Part shown: positions 53,401-64,000 of the stretch, piece by piece
Numbering within the stretch: position 1 is the stretch's first letter
How the letters are laid out: every line of letters starts with the position of its first letter
Assembly: GCA_030704615.1 (NCBI GenBank)
Contig: CM060733.1
Location: 29,884,001-29,948,000, forward strand
Origin: Takakia lepidozioides
Taxonomy: Eukaryota; Plantae; Bryophyta
DNA length: 64,000 nt
Direction of reading: 5' to 3'
Made by a program: the position numbers and the translations under genes
Notes under the pieces: model-generated
Databases searched by the model: none
The model's input: only the letters and a program-made list of their open reading frames with translations
What the model was told of the DNA's origin: nothing

Positions 53401-53798
53401 ATACTGGTTTGCTGCTCTGCACATGGAACATGGTGGGTTTCTGAATTGGAATCCTAGCCTTCAGCTGTTGACGGTCACAACTTGGTGGCAGTAGATAGTT
53501 TTCTCTTTAGCATCTTCACAAAGACAACTACAATGTCAAGCAATAGGGAAAAAACTCAACAAGTTGCATTTCAGTTACATCATAGACCACTTTGAACTTC
53601 GTTAAATCCATTCTTATTTCAAACATTGAACAAAAGAGGTGCTGTCTATCGGATCTCTATTGAAGACATGTTTTTCTTTGCTAAAGATATTACTATCAGG
53701 GATGACTTCTATGGAGAAACAAATGGACATTTAGAAGCACAAGGAGAGGATCTTGGGGCCTCATGGCGTTGAAAGAGGTTGGTTTGCCCTATCATTGT

Positions 53799-54062
53799 TA
53801 TTATTTTATTTTTTATTTTATTTTTTGGTTGAAGGGAAACACCTGGGAGTGATGACTCACAAATCAGGCCCCTTCATAGAGAGAGGAGAAAATAACCTCT
53901 CAGTAAACCTGGCCGCAAGGCTTTCCGATGCGACACTGTGCAGAGAAGGGGGCGAAGAAGGGGGAGAAGAGCGGACCACACCCGTCAAGTAGCAGGATTT
54001 GACCCCCGGGTCATCCGGATGGCACTCAGTTCACTTTACCAACTGAGCTACTGACTGTTGGT
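53799..54062 (-). mobile_element. tRNA-derived SINE with A-rich tail and 10-bp TSD
   Basis: A box tagctcagttgg, B box gggtcaaatcc and an (AAAAT)n tail; TSD ctatcattgt at 53789-53798 and 54063-54072. Confidence 0.8.
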
Positions 54063-55177
54063 CTATCATTGTATTTAACGGGAGTGACTCTTACTCCCGG
54101 TATTTCTTTTCCCCCAAAGAACAATGTATTTGGCATACCATGCAGTGGCATACCATGCATTCTTAGCAAAACTAGAATCCCATTGGAATTTGTGGGCTTG
54201 CCATTACACCTAACTCCATAGTAACACCAATATCATTCATTACTCCACCAATATTACCAATATTTATCCATATTGGCGTTTACATCCAATATTGGTGTTA
54301 TCCTTCAATCAACAATATGGGCCATTTCATTTATCAATTTGACCCTATATCACCAATATTTGTCCATATTGGTATCTAATCAGTCCAAAATTCACAAAAC
54401 CCACAACAAAAGTAATTCCTGATATTTTACAACGGAAGGATGGTACACCTTACGCACAATCATATGCATTTGTGTTCAACTGGGTTCACACGCGAACACT
54501 GTAAGAGCAAAGTGCAGTTGAAATGGATGATGACCATGGTAGCTACCGTGTGAGATGCTCACGCTTAAAGTGGAAAACGTGAGCAGAATCCCTTATGCGT
54601 GAGCAGATTCCAAGCGTGAGGAAATTAGTGAATGGGAGCCTACAACCGAGGGAAGAAGAGGGCCTATTGCTGTGGACAAAAACTACAATGGACGGACGCA
54701 TGCACACCCCATCCGACGGGACAATCCAAGCTCCATGACGACCGTATGGTACGAATGTGCGATGAAAAAACCGACAGATGAATGGTTTCAGGATGAATGA
54801 AAAGTGGAAAGGATGAATGGTGGATGATTTTTGGATGAGAAATGAGCGAACTGGATGAACCATGACTTCGTTTTTGTTTCACGTGGAGCATTGCCATCTC
54901 GAGTGTGTCCTTAATTTCAGATTTGTCGGCTGATCCTGGCAGTACTTACATTGAGGGAAGTTGAAAGAAACCGCTGAAGTTACAAGGCAATTACATATAG
55001 GAGTAAATTTGAGTTACCTATGGACTCTTCTAATGGGGGTGGGGCTGCATAGGAGGGGGGAGGATAGAACATGAGAATTGGAGGACAAAACAAAATCGCA
55101 AAAAAACTTCTCCAAACACAATGAACCCAAAAATTGAGTCCAAAAAACTTTGAAGGCGGTGTGTGTCCAGGTGGGGG

Positions 55178-55856
55178 GGGGATTAAGGTGTTTCGTCAAC
55201 GACATCTTAATTCCCACCTCCTGTTGCAACAAACATTTCATGGAAATCCCAAAAAACCAAAAAATTTTGAATCCAACAACCTTTTCAAAGCCGACATGTG
55301 CAGGTCGCGGGGATTGAGGTGTCGTCAACGACATCTTAAATCCCACCAGCTGCTGCCACATATCTTTTCAGATTATGGCCCAAAAATGGAAAAAACAAAA
55401 TTCATAAAACTTGAAGGCGGTGCGTGTGCAGGGCTCGGATTACGATTAGCAACGTCTCGTCCTCACGACATGCGTATATACATTCCACAAAACAACCGCA
55501 TAAACAGTTCAACCTACTGGAAAACCCAAACAAACCAAAAAAATATGAATCCAAAAAAACTTTCAAGGCGGTGCGTTGCAAGGGGGACTAAGGTGTCATC
55601 AACGGTCAGGGGGAGGGGATTAAGATGTCGTCAACGACATCTTAATTCCCACCACCTAAACAAAACGGTCACGGCGGTGCGTGTGCAAATTGGAGGTATG
55701 AAGGTGTCGTCAATGACATCTTATTCCCACCACCTTTTGCGACATGTCAATTCATCGAAAAACCCAAATAACCAAAAAAAATATGAATCCAACAAAGGTA
55801 CGGCGGTGCGTGTGCAGGTGGGTGGATTAAGGTGTCGTCAACGACATCTTAATTGG
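55178..55856. repeat. Cluster of element 2 palindromes downstream of the transposase
   Basis: gattaaggtgtcgtcaacgacatcttaat variants at ~55181, 55312, 55618, 55697 and 55825, mostly preceded by ggcggtgcgtgtgca-like sequence. Confidence 0.85.
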
Positions 55857-55984
55857 AAAAACCACCAACCCCAATACAAACAAACCAAAAACAGATTCAG
55901 CCAAAACAGAAATGGAACATGTTAAAAACATTATATTGAACAAAGTGGAGTCATTGTCAAAGAATCCAACTCCTTCTGATCACC

Positions 55985-58900
55985 TCACATTTCAGTAATC
56001 CTATCACGCTGCAGAAGTGTATGAATGTCAATGGGACCCATTGTGCACTGGCGAATGCATGTGTCTCGGTGAGGATCACAAAAAATCATGTGAATGTAGA
56101 TGTAGTATAGGTGTTTGCACGGGACAAATTTGGGTTTCTTTCCAATAGAGCTTGATAAAGTGTTCTGGAAGTTCGGGCATGTGCAATTTGGAAAATTGCC
56201 AACAGTTACCTCATACATCCTGTCGTGAACAACAGAACCCAATGTCACCATACTGTACACCAGCCCATAGCCTGGAGGGGGGACATTGACAACTTGGGTC
56301 ACCCGACACTGCAGGTTTCTTGCTGACTCAATTTTGCACTCGTTTTCAAGACCTGCCTCAACACGACGGACCGGTTTTCCATTTCGTTTCGTAGGCCAAT
56401 CGTTCCCATGTGGTGGACGTGGGGGGAATGCGGATTACGAACCCCGACATGAAACTGGTGTTATGACTACTGGGCCTCTTGGAAGACGAAACCCGACATC
56501 CTCCAGCATCTCAATTTCTTACTTCGACAGACATGTTCCCAACTTCACTGGCCACACGGCTGGAATCTGAGGCTTGCTGAGGACTGAATCCCGGCAAGTC
56601 CCCATCACACAACGCTGAATGTCATGAGGGAAAAACCAGAACTTGTGAGGCCTGGACTCTCGCGCACTGTAATGTTTGAATAAACCAGCGAAAGACGGGG
56701 CAGGAGTCCCGCCTCCGCCCCTAGAAATTTTGCCGGTGCACTTCACAAAGGACAATGCCCTACGGCCAAACTCCCAACTTTTGATCATTGGGCTGTCCGT
56801 TCAATGTGCCATATTGCATCAACACAATCGGACTCTTCACCGCCAGCATCATCTCTCCCTCTCCCCGCACAGCATCATCTCTCCTCTCCCCGCACTGGAG
56901 CAGAGTGATATGAATCCTTGTATACAGCAGAAGAACAGGCACCGACAGAGGGACTGCCAGATTCGAATGTCGAAGGCACAGACACACGAGGAATTGAATA
57001 ATTATCCCTGTCATGCCGATGGGAGTCACCAGCGGATCCTGGTGGGGTGTCAAGTTTTGCGCTTGCATGAACCGAATCTTTCCTTCCCTTCCAGACGTGG
57101 GAGCCTGGACTGCAAAGGTGTTCCATTTGTGAACTCATTTACAGCACCCATCATTTTAGCAGGATGCTTCGTTCAACTCTTCCCTGTCTGGACCTTTGCC
57201 AGCTCCCCATCCCCTCAGGAAGTACCTTGTTTGTTGCGAAACAACCCGAACCATGTCATCTGCAGTGACAACGTACAGGTTCCGCCCATTTTTGCCGGAT
57301 TGCGCCATCCACTTACTATGCACAGTCTCCGCTAGATTGCAAGAGGGCATATCGGCAATATCCTCTAGTGACATGTTTTGCATGCAATTCAACACATGAT
57401 TACATACAGCAGCATAAGAACTGGATTGGACGGCCTGTCTCTATGATATATCTCCCGACGAGAAGGAATAAAGCGAAATCATGTTATTTCGCTACTAACT
57501 TACAATTGTCATGAAGGCACCCCACTGTCTATATCTGAAGTGCCAGAACCCCAACCAGTCTTCCAGTTCTTTGATTCCATCCAGACTGGCTGCCTCAGAT
57601 GAGTACCACCATGCTCGAATAGTCTGGAACATAGAGTTGGCTTCTTGCTTGGAGGTGGCATCTTTATATAGACGGCATAGTCTCATATGCTCCTCCCGCA
57701 ACTCCAGTTTTATGGAACTCTTTGTATGGCGTTGTAGGGACTGGCTCCAATGAAAGAGGCAAGTGCGTTCCCAACCTTCCATTGGTATTTGGGGGTCGCC
57801 TGAACCAAAAACAGTACCGACAACATTCCAATTCACTTGAACGCTGTCAGCCATGAACCCAGTGAAGTTTGGATCTGGGACACCATGAGCTGTCATGACG
57901 TTAACAAGGGACTTCCACATAAGAATTTGTGACTCTGTGTCCTCGGACTGCATGTCACAAACAGCAACAGTCATCACTCTCTGGTATACAGGATCGTATA
58001 CATGACAGGCCATGGTCGTCTATTCCTTCACACGTTTCACGTGATCAAACATAATCCAGGATTTCTGAAGATCACCACCGGGCTACATTCTTCGCACCAG
58101 ACTAATTCCCAATCCCTCACCAACTGTGGACATCTTGAATAAGTACACTTTCCTGGCACCTTGCCCCGGGAAAACACTGTCCTGAATGAAGTCATATCGG
58201 CTTATACGCTTTAACTCCAGGATGCTATCCATAAAGCCTGTGTTGGCAGCAACCCCCCCCTTAGGACGTTGATTTGATTTCGCACATTCGGAGAACTCAA
58301 TGTTGAGAAATGGTCCAAAACATTGTCAAGGGAGGCAGTGTGAAATTTAGTGGTGGACTCATGCGATTCCCCAAACAAATACTTTTGTAGGAATCCTTTG
58401 TTTGCTGCCAGAGCAATGGCTGATGCCGATGCACCAGGAGCACTATGAATTTTGTGTTGAAGCAATGAACGGACTGTATCAATAGTCTCTATGCACTGTC
58501 CTCGGGACACTGGATGTGCATGAATGCCAAACTGGATACATGCCCTTGTGAGGTAACTGCAATTATGAAGCACGTAGTACATACGTGCATTGCAATCTGC
58601 GATGCACTGTGGGACCAATTTTCAGAACTTGCAAACGAGAGTACTACTATTTGCAAGAGCACAACCTACTTTGAAAGGGTTGTCGCAGACACCTTCCCAT
58701 TCCGTCTCATTTGCCGAACCGTCCATTTGGAAGTGCTAGCAAGAAGCATTTGGACAACGAAGGTGTCCAACACAAATCGATCTACGGAACTTCAAGCCAT
58801 GCGGATTGCATATATTGGAAGTTTTCGTCCGGCACCATGGATGTCCATCGTGCTTCTTGTCCATGCCCGCCATTTGCCCTGCCAATCCCCCAGAGGATGT

Positions 58901-59496
58901 CGCTGGTGGCAGCTCAAAAATGATATCACCATTAAATTCATTGGGTAGGTATTTTGCTCTAACAATTCGCTGTGTATCCCAGTCAATGCCTCTCACATCA
59001 CTCTTGCATCCTGGCAACCCCCTCAAGGACTACAACTTCGGAATGACACTTGCAATCTCTTGCACATCAGGGTCCCCCAGCAGACGTTGATTCGGAGGAG
59101 GTGGGAGCTCCGACACGTCCTCTTCTGAACTAGTCTTTGATCCCCATGAACGCGATACTTTGCTGGTGGAACTCTCCACTCTCGCTGACTGCTAGACAAA
59201 TGTGGTTTCTGAACACATGTGCCCTCGACCTTCCCCACTTTGTCATACACCTCTCTCGCTACATGTATAGTCCCTGCCTCAAAGCGGACGGTTACGCAAA
59301 GCAAGTCTTCTTGAACTACGGCGAGCTCATTCACGTCGGCTACGGCACTCAAGTACTCCGCTTGCGCGTTGGAGTAGAAAACAGCGACGTCGGAGTTGAG
59401 AGACATTGCATGAACGAGCACGGGAGTGTGGGCAGTGGAGAGCAGGTGACAAGAGTACACCAGGAAGGCCGAATTCTGCGAACCACTTCCTGACAA
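55985..59496 (-). pseudogene. Element 2 transposase: GCM/WRKY-like zinc domain, MULE-type DDE core, C-terminal SWIM finger; multiple stops and frameshifts
   Basis: ORF pieces 58736-59026, 58211-58618, 57495-58013, 57156-57395, 56519-56788 and 55985-56302 (CTCPNF...VPCKHLYY = SWIM CxCxnCxH). Confidence 0.88.
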
Positions 59497-59844
59497 TGTC
59501 TCAGTGGATCCACCGACTGAAGGTGTTGAGGCAAATTATTTCTTTGCATGTTGTTTAGTAGCCGGCTTTGACTCTGACAGATACTGGTGAATTTTATCCC
59601 ATTAATGTCAGATCACAGACCATCGAACACATGATTCTGACAGGCAAGAATTGCGGCCGACTTTGCAAATGCCACATTCTCAGTGACTGCGCTGTGGGTC
59701 GAACCCCTTATGTCAAACATGGATACGTGGCATGCCTATATTTAAGTGTCTTGCAAGGGCAACAGCTGTTGAGTTCTCTGCGAGACAGCCCGCAAGCATC
59801 CCGCCGAAAAACGGAAACCCCAATTATGAGTCGTTACGTTTTTG

Positions 59845-62800
59845 GATGATTTGTCATTCGTTGAGAGGGAGCTATGAAAACCTAACTGCTATCCACTTTT
59901 GCCATTTGCCGGAGGGATGTCTTCGGAGGTTACATTCTGGCGTTCATCATTTCAGGCTCGCCACACTAGAGCATCCCAAGAACGAGAGCGTTTCCATAAA
60001 GAAGAGAGCGAGAAGGCAGTCTTTGTATTTCACGTCTGCTAGGCAGAGGTTGAGGGCGAGAGAGAGGATGAAGAAAGCTAGGAGGGCTTTGAATTTGTCT
60101 GATGGAGAGAGCGATCGCGAGGGGGAGGGTTCTGTGGGCGAAGGGATGGAGAGTCGGGCTGGTAAGGAGCCCATTCTCAACAAGCAGCTTGAGGATCTGT
60201 TGGAGCTGCCTCTATTGCAACCGATACAGGAGGAGGAAGTCGAAAGGGAGAGCGGTGCTCCTGCGGAGGAGGAGGCAACGCAGCAAAGTCCGCAGAAGGG
60301 CCTGCCGACAAGGGGGCGGCCCTCCTCCATGCAACTGTCTTTGCACCCGTTGAAGGAGAAGGCTCAAGCCGAAAGCAGCGTCGGGTTGGGAGAGGAGGAC
60401 ACTTCCAGCGGTGGACAAAGTTTGATCCAAGTGAGTACAGCAGCGCATTGGCTTTAGATGACCTTGTTCCCTGACTCGTAGCAATAAGAAGAGCAGTAAA
60501 AAACATACATTTGAGCCTGTTTGAAGATGACATTGACGATAGCTTAAAACGACATCGCATCATGTCCGCCATTGCATTCGTAAGGGTTTCGAACAATAAG
60601 ACGAGAACAAAGTGATTAAGCTGTCGTTGACGATAGCTTAATTTGCCACCTCCGCGAGGCATAGCCCTTCGTTCTAGCGAGCCCAATGTTGTCTCTGTAT
60701 GAGTGCAGTAGCCTACAATATGTACATGATTAAGATGGCGTTGATGACACCTTAATCTGGGCCTGCAATGCTTACCTTAATTTGGCAGAGAAAGCGGAAG
60801 AAGGCTTGGGAGAGTCAGCGTCCGATCTCATCCGTGGATCCTGCAGTTCAAGAGCAGACCGTGCCAGAGCAGGGTCATGTCGCTCAGGAGGAGGAGGTGC
60901 AAATAATGCAGTGTCCACGATAGGTCTCAGGCACTTAGGAGCAGCAGAAAAACACATAAGTATCTCCGCAATCCGTGAAGGAGAAGAGCCAGGTGGAAGG
61001 CAGAAGGCGTGCAGGGGGGGGGCGGGTCTTCCAACGGAGGAACGAAGCCAGAGAAGGTTAGTTCATACATTCGAATCCATGGTTTTTGCAACACAAAAGA
61101 GTTAGATTGAGGTGTCGCTGACGCCACCTAAAAGGTCACCTTTCCGGGTAATGGTGTACGTAGGAAGGTTAAGATGAAGGAAGATTAAGGTGTCATTGAC
61201 GACATCTTAATATGCCACTGCGTTCAACCAAAAACATTGAAAAAACATCCAAGAACTACAACAGATTAAGCTGTCGTTGACGACATCTTAATATGCCACT
61301 GCATTTGACCTCAAACATGGGGAATTCACCCTAGAAAAACAGTCGATTAAGCTGTCGTTGATGACATCTTAATCTGCCAATGCATTCAACATAAAACATA
61401 AAAAAAAACACCCTACAACTACAGCAGATTAAGGTGGCGTTGACGACATCTTAATCTACTTCTACATTCAGTCCAAAATATGAGAAAAACACCTTACAAC
61501 TGTAGCAGATTAAGGTGTCGTTGACGACATCTTAATCTCCAATGAATTGAACCCAAAACATGAGAAAATCACTCTGGAACTTCAGCAAATTAAGGTGTCG
61601 TTGACGACACCTTAATCTGCCTCTGCAATCAACATAAACATGGGAGAAACACTCTAGAACTACAGCAGATTAAGATGTCGTCAACGACACCTTAATCTGC
61701 CACTGCATTGAACCTCAAACATGGGGAAATCACCCTAGAAAAACAGCAAATTAAGCTGTCGTTGACGACATCTTAATCTTGCCATGAATTGTGTGTCTTA
61801 ACACATTGCATTTTGCAGAAAAAGAGAAAGAAAGCCGGGGGAAGCCAGCCTACAGGGGAAACAGTTGTTCTTGAAGACAGGGACATTGTTGTGGACACCA
61901 ACTATGAAGCCAAGGTGCACTCTCTTATGTACACCACCAAGGTGAACTCAAAGAAAGTCATCAACTCCATGGAAGTGAAAGACGGCACTCTTTTCATTCC
62001 TCTGTGCCGGATGATTTCTATGCCAGCAGTTCGGCCTGCCCTTCACCACAATATCAAGAAGCTACAGGGGGGTTTTATCCATGGGTACTTGAAGGGTTCA
62101 GCTGTGTTTTACGTGTCACTGACTGATATCCAGGGATCTGAGAAATTGGTGGACCTCAATGTAATGGACAGTTGGGACCCGCTTTGGAAAGAAGTGAATA
62201 CGGAGTTTGAGATTGAACTTTCACAGAACTCAGCACACATCCAGTACATGAACAAAATGTTCTTTGTCTGGGATGGCAACCACCGTTTGGTGCCCTGGAT
62301 GGAGTACATCAGCAGGATGTATGCGGAGAACAAAGAGTGGCACTATCGGGTTCAGTCAATGGTCCTCGATCCGGAGGGGAAGTTCACGCAGCTTCTAACT
62401 GCAATGTACGATATTAACAAGTAAGAGTCTTGCCCACTTCTTGTCTCCCATTTCATTGTTCTATCAATCTTCAAACTTTGTCAACTGACCTGTTCGCATT
62501 GCAAGGGGACGGAGACATCCCATGTCACCATCAACATAGTCCATTCCTTGTTTCGTATGCAAAGCATAGGAGTCATGCCATTGGAAACGTTCGCGAGTGT
62601 CTTATCCCCGGACACACTGAAGAAGTGCCAAATGATCAAGAAGACAGAGACTTAGTACAACCTGACAATGGAGGTGTTTCTCGACTACTTGTACGCGGTG
62701 AGTTTCTGTGCGGACTGCCATTCTTCTTGAATTATGGATATATCATGTTTTTGCTTTGGTTTTGTTGTTCACGAGGGTTACATGGGTTTGTCACATCAAG

Positions 62801-63487
62801 AAATAGCAGAAGCGGGAGAACGAGCCAAGCTGGAATATTACGCCACTACAGATAAGGATGAGAGAACGGCAAACGGGGTGGAGGCAAAAATGAAGGCGGA
62901 CATGGATACGTGTAGGAAGAACCTCAAGAGCGTGTTCGACAAACACATTCGAATCGCTGACCCCGGATTGGGAATGGGGTTTCTGGAGCAGATTCGGATC
63001 CACTAGAGCAAGCCCACTAAGCCAGAGATGACACAAGAAAAGCTCCACCGCCTTTCCATTTCCATGGTTGACCCTGCTCAGAAAGTGAGGTGGTTGGAAA
63101 TCTGGAACTCGGATCCGATCATCCGGGATACAAACAATTTCCCAAAACCAATGAAGGACGCTGAGACTGGGGTGGTGACACCTGTCAGCGACCACGCATT
63201 CGACACTTGGTTGCACAAAGCGACCTTCTGGAGCCAGGTGAGAATGTAAAAACATTGTCACTGTTCCAGCAATGAGTACATGTTTTCTTATGTTGATTAA
63301 CTCAAAATTTGGCGGATGGTTGTGCAGCTGGAGAAGCGGGCAATTGATACTGAGAAATCACTGCTGGACTACAAGATCACAATGACCACTCCGAGCATCA
63401 AGTTCCAGTCATACATTCGGAAATGGAGAAGAGAGCTGTGGAAGAATTCACATTGCCAAGTTCACATGTGCGGATTGTTTGCCAAGG
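59845..63487 (+). pseudogene. Element 2 accessory gene, 5' part: low-complexity N-terminus + ParB/sulfiredoxin-like domain
   Basis: Exon 61819-62420 encodes FIPLCRMISMPAVRP...FYVSL...FFVWDGNHRLVPW. Downstream exons are ~62505-62697, ~62790-63237 and 63328-63486, with in-frame TAG stops at ~62653 and 63004. Confidence 0.7.
61183..61778. repeat. Intronic array of eight 30-bp palindromes GATTAAGGTGTCGTTGACGACATCTTAATC at 80-82-bp period
   Basis: Copies start at 61183, 61264, 61345, 61427, 61508, 61588, 61668 and 61749; outliers at 60613, 60728 and 61104. Confidence 0.95.
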
Positions 63488-63489
63488 TT

Positions 63490-64000
63490 TGCAACGGCCA
63501 CAGCTTTTCGGGCATCCGTGGCCACACAAATTCAATTGAAAGGATTTTTGGGGGCTAAAATATCTAGGAGCGCCCTAGGACAGCTAGTAAGATGAAAAGT
63601 GTCACCTACCAACCAAGAATGGACAATATCTTTTCTCATCCAATAGAATTAGATATTTCACCCATCATTTTTTATTGTTTTTCTAGTATATAGGAATAGC
63701 AAGGTGGGCTTGCCCACCACTTCTACTTTTTAGTTTCTTGCTTTGTGTTGTTGTTAGTAGCTTAAGCTTGAGCTTAGTTGGTTGCTTAGAGCTTGCTAGA
63801 AGTTAGCAAAGTTTTTTTTTTTTTTAAAAAAAAAAAATTTAAGCGAAGCTTGGTGGAGGCGATCAAAGGAACTTAGAAGTACTAGTGCTTGTGGCTTAAA
63901 GCTTAGCTAGAAGTTTTAGCAAGCTTGACGGAAGCATTAGTTTGTGGTTTGAGAAGACTAGGGTAGTGAGGAGCTTATACACTAGGTGCTCAAGTTTGTT
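63490..64000 (+). mobile_element. Probable LTR of a retrotransposon inserted into element 2, running off the window
   Basis: Abrupt switch right after a splice donor to tgcaacggcc...; non-coding, with TATA-like tatata at ~63687 followed by agct-rich sequence. No partner LTR is visible. Confidence 0.4.

Larger units (their letters stand above)
55030..63490 (-). mobile_element. Element 2: second, diverged member of the same Mutator-like family; termini not established
   Basis: The transposase is clearly homologous to element 1 (MDKKHDGHPWC, WIMFDHVKR, FMADSVQVNW, CLFH, NLAETVH). It has a divergent accessory gene and its own palindrome arrays. Confidence 0.8.

Noticed and set aside
53990-54062. 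tRNA gene
   Set aside because: It has A/B boxes but no convincing cloverleaf; the A-rich tail and TSD indicate a SINE.
54200-54900. ccaatat-rich and ggatga-rich tracts as the terminus of element 2
   Set aside because: No TIR or TSD can be verified without the other end; they are probably remnants of other repeats.
55134-55925. 263-aa plus-strand ORF
   Set aside because: It is a translation of the palindrome cluster (repeating CRQRHLN) and A-rich spacers, not a credible protein.
61183-61778. CRISPR array (30-bp palindromic repeats with ~51-bp spacers)
   Set aside because: The spacers are homologous to each other, there are no cas genes, and the array lies in a spliceosomal intron of a eukaryotic transposon.

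Overview
Land-plant genomic DNA, probably a seed-free plant (spliceosomal introns, PLS-DYW PPR fragment, plant-type ALG12, G-patch and polyubiquitin genes). A core of host genes lies at ~34-53.4 kb: a G-patch protein (-), hexa-ubiquitin (+), ALG12 (-) and a small two-exon membrane protein (+). Around it are transposons and pseudogenes: a CACTA-like element with a RING-H2 cargo gene, a Helitron-like segment with PPR-DYW fragments, an RNase III/dsRBD remnant, a Copia fragment, two hAT-type MITEs, an FQR1/WrbA pseudogene, SINEs and a probable LTR. The most notable feature is two diverged members of one Mutator-like (GCM-like/DDE/SWIM) transposon family. Element 1 (7093-15434) has visible TIRs and an 8-bp TSD; element 2 runs from ~55.0 kb to beyond 63.5 kb. 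Each pairs its transposase with a divergently transcribed, intron-containing accessory gene, which shows a beta-class amino-DNA-methyltransferase-like domain in element 1 and a ParB/Srx-like domain in element 2. Each also carries regularly spaced arrays of its own ~30-bp CG-containing palindrome. I infer a transposon-encoded ParB-MTase protein acting on element-specific palindromic sites; this is untested, and both copies here are decayed. Domain calls come from motif recognition by eye, and exon coordinates are approximate.
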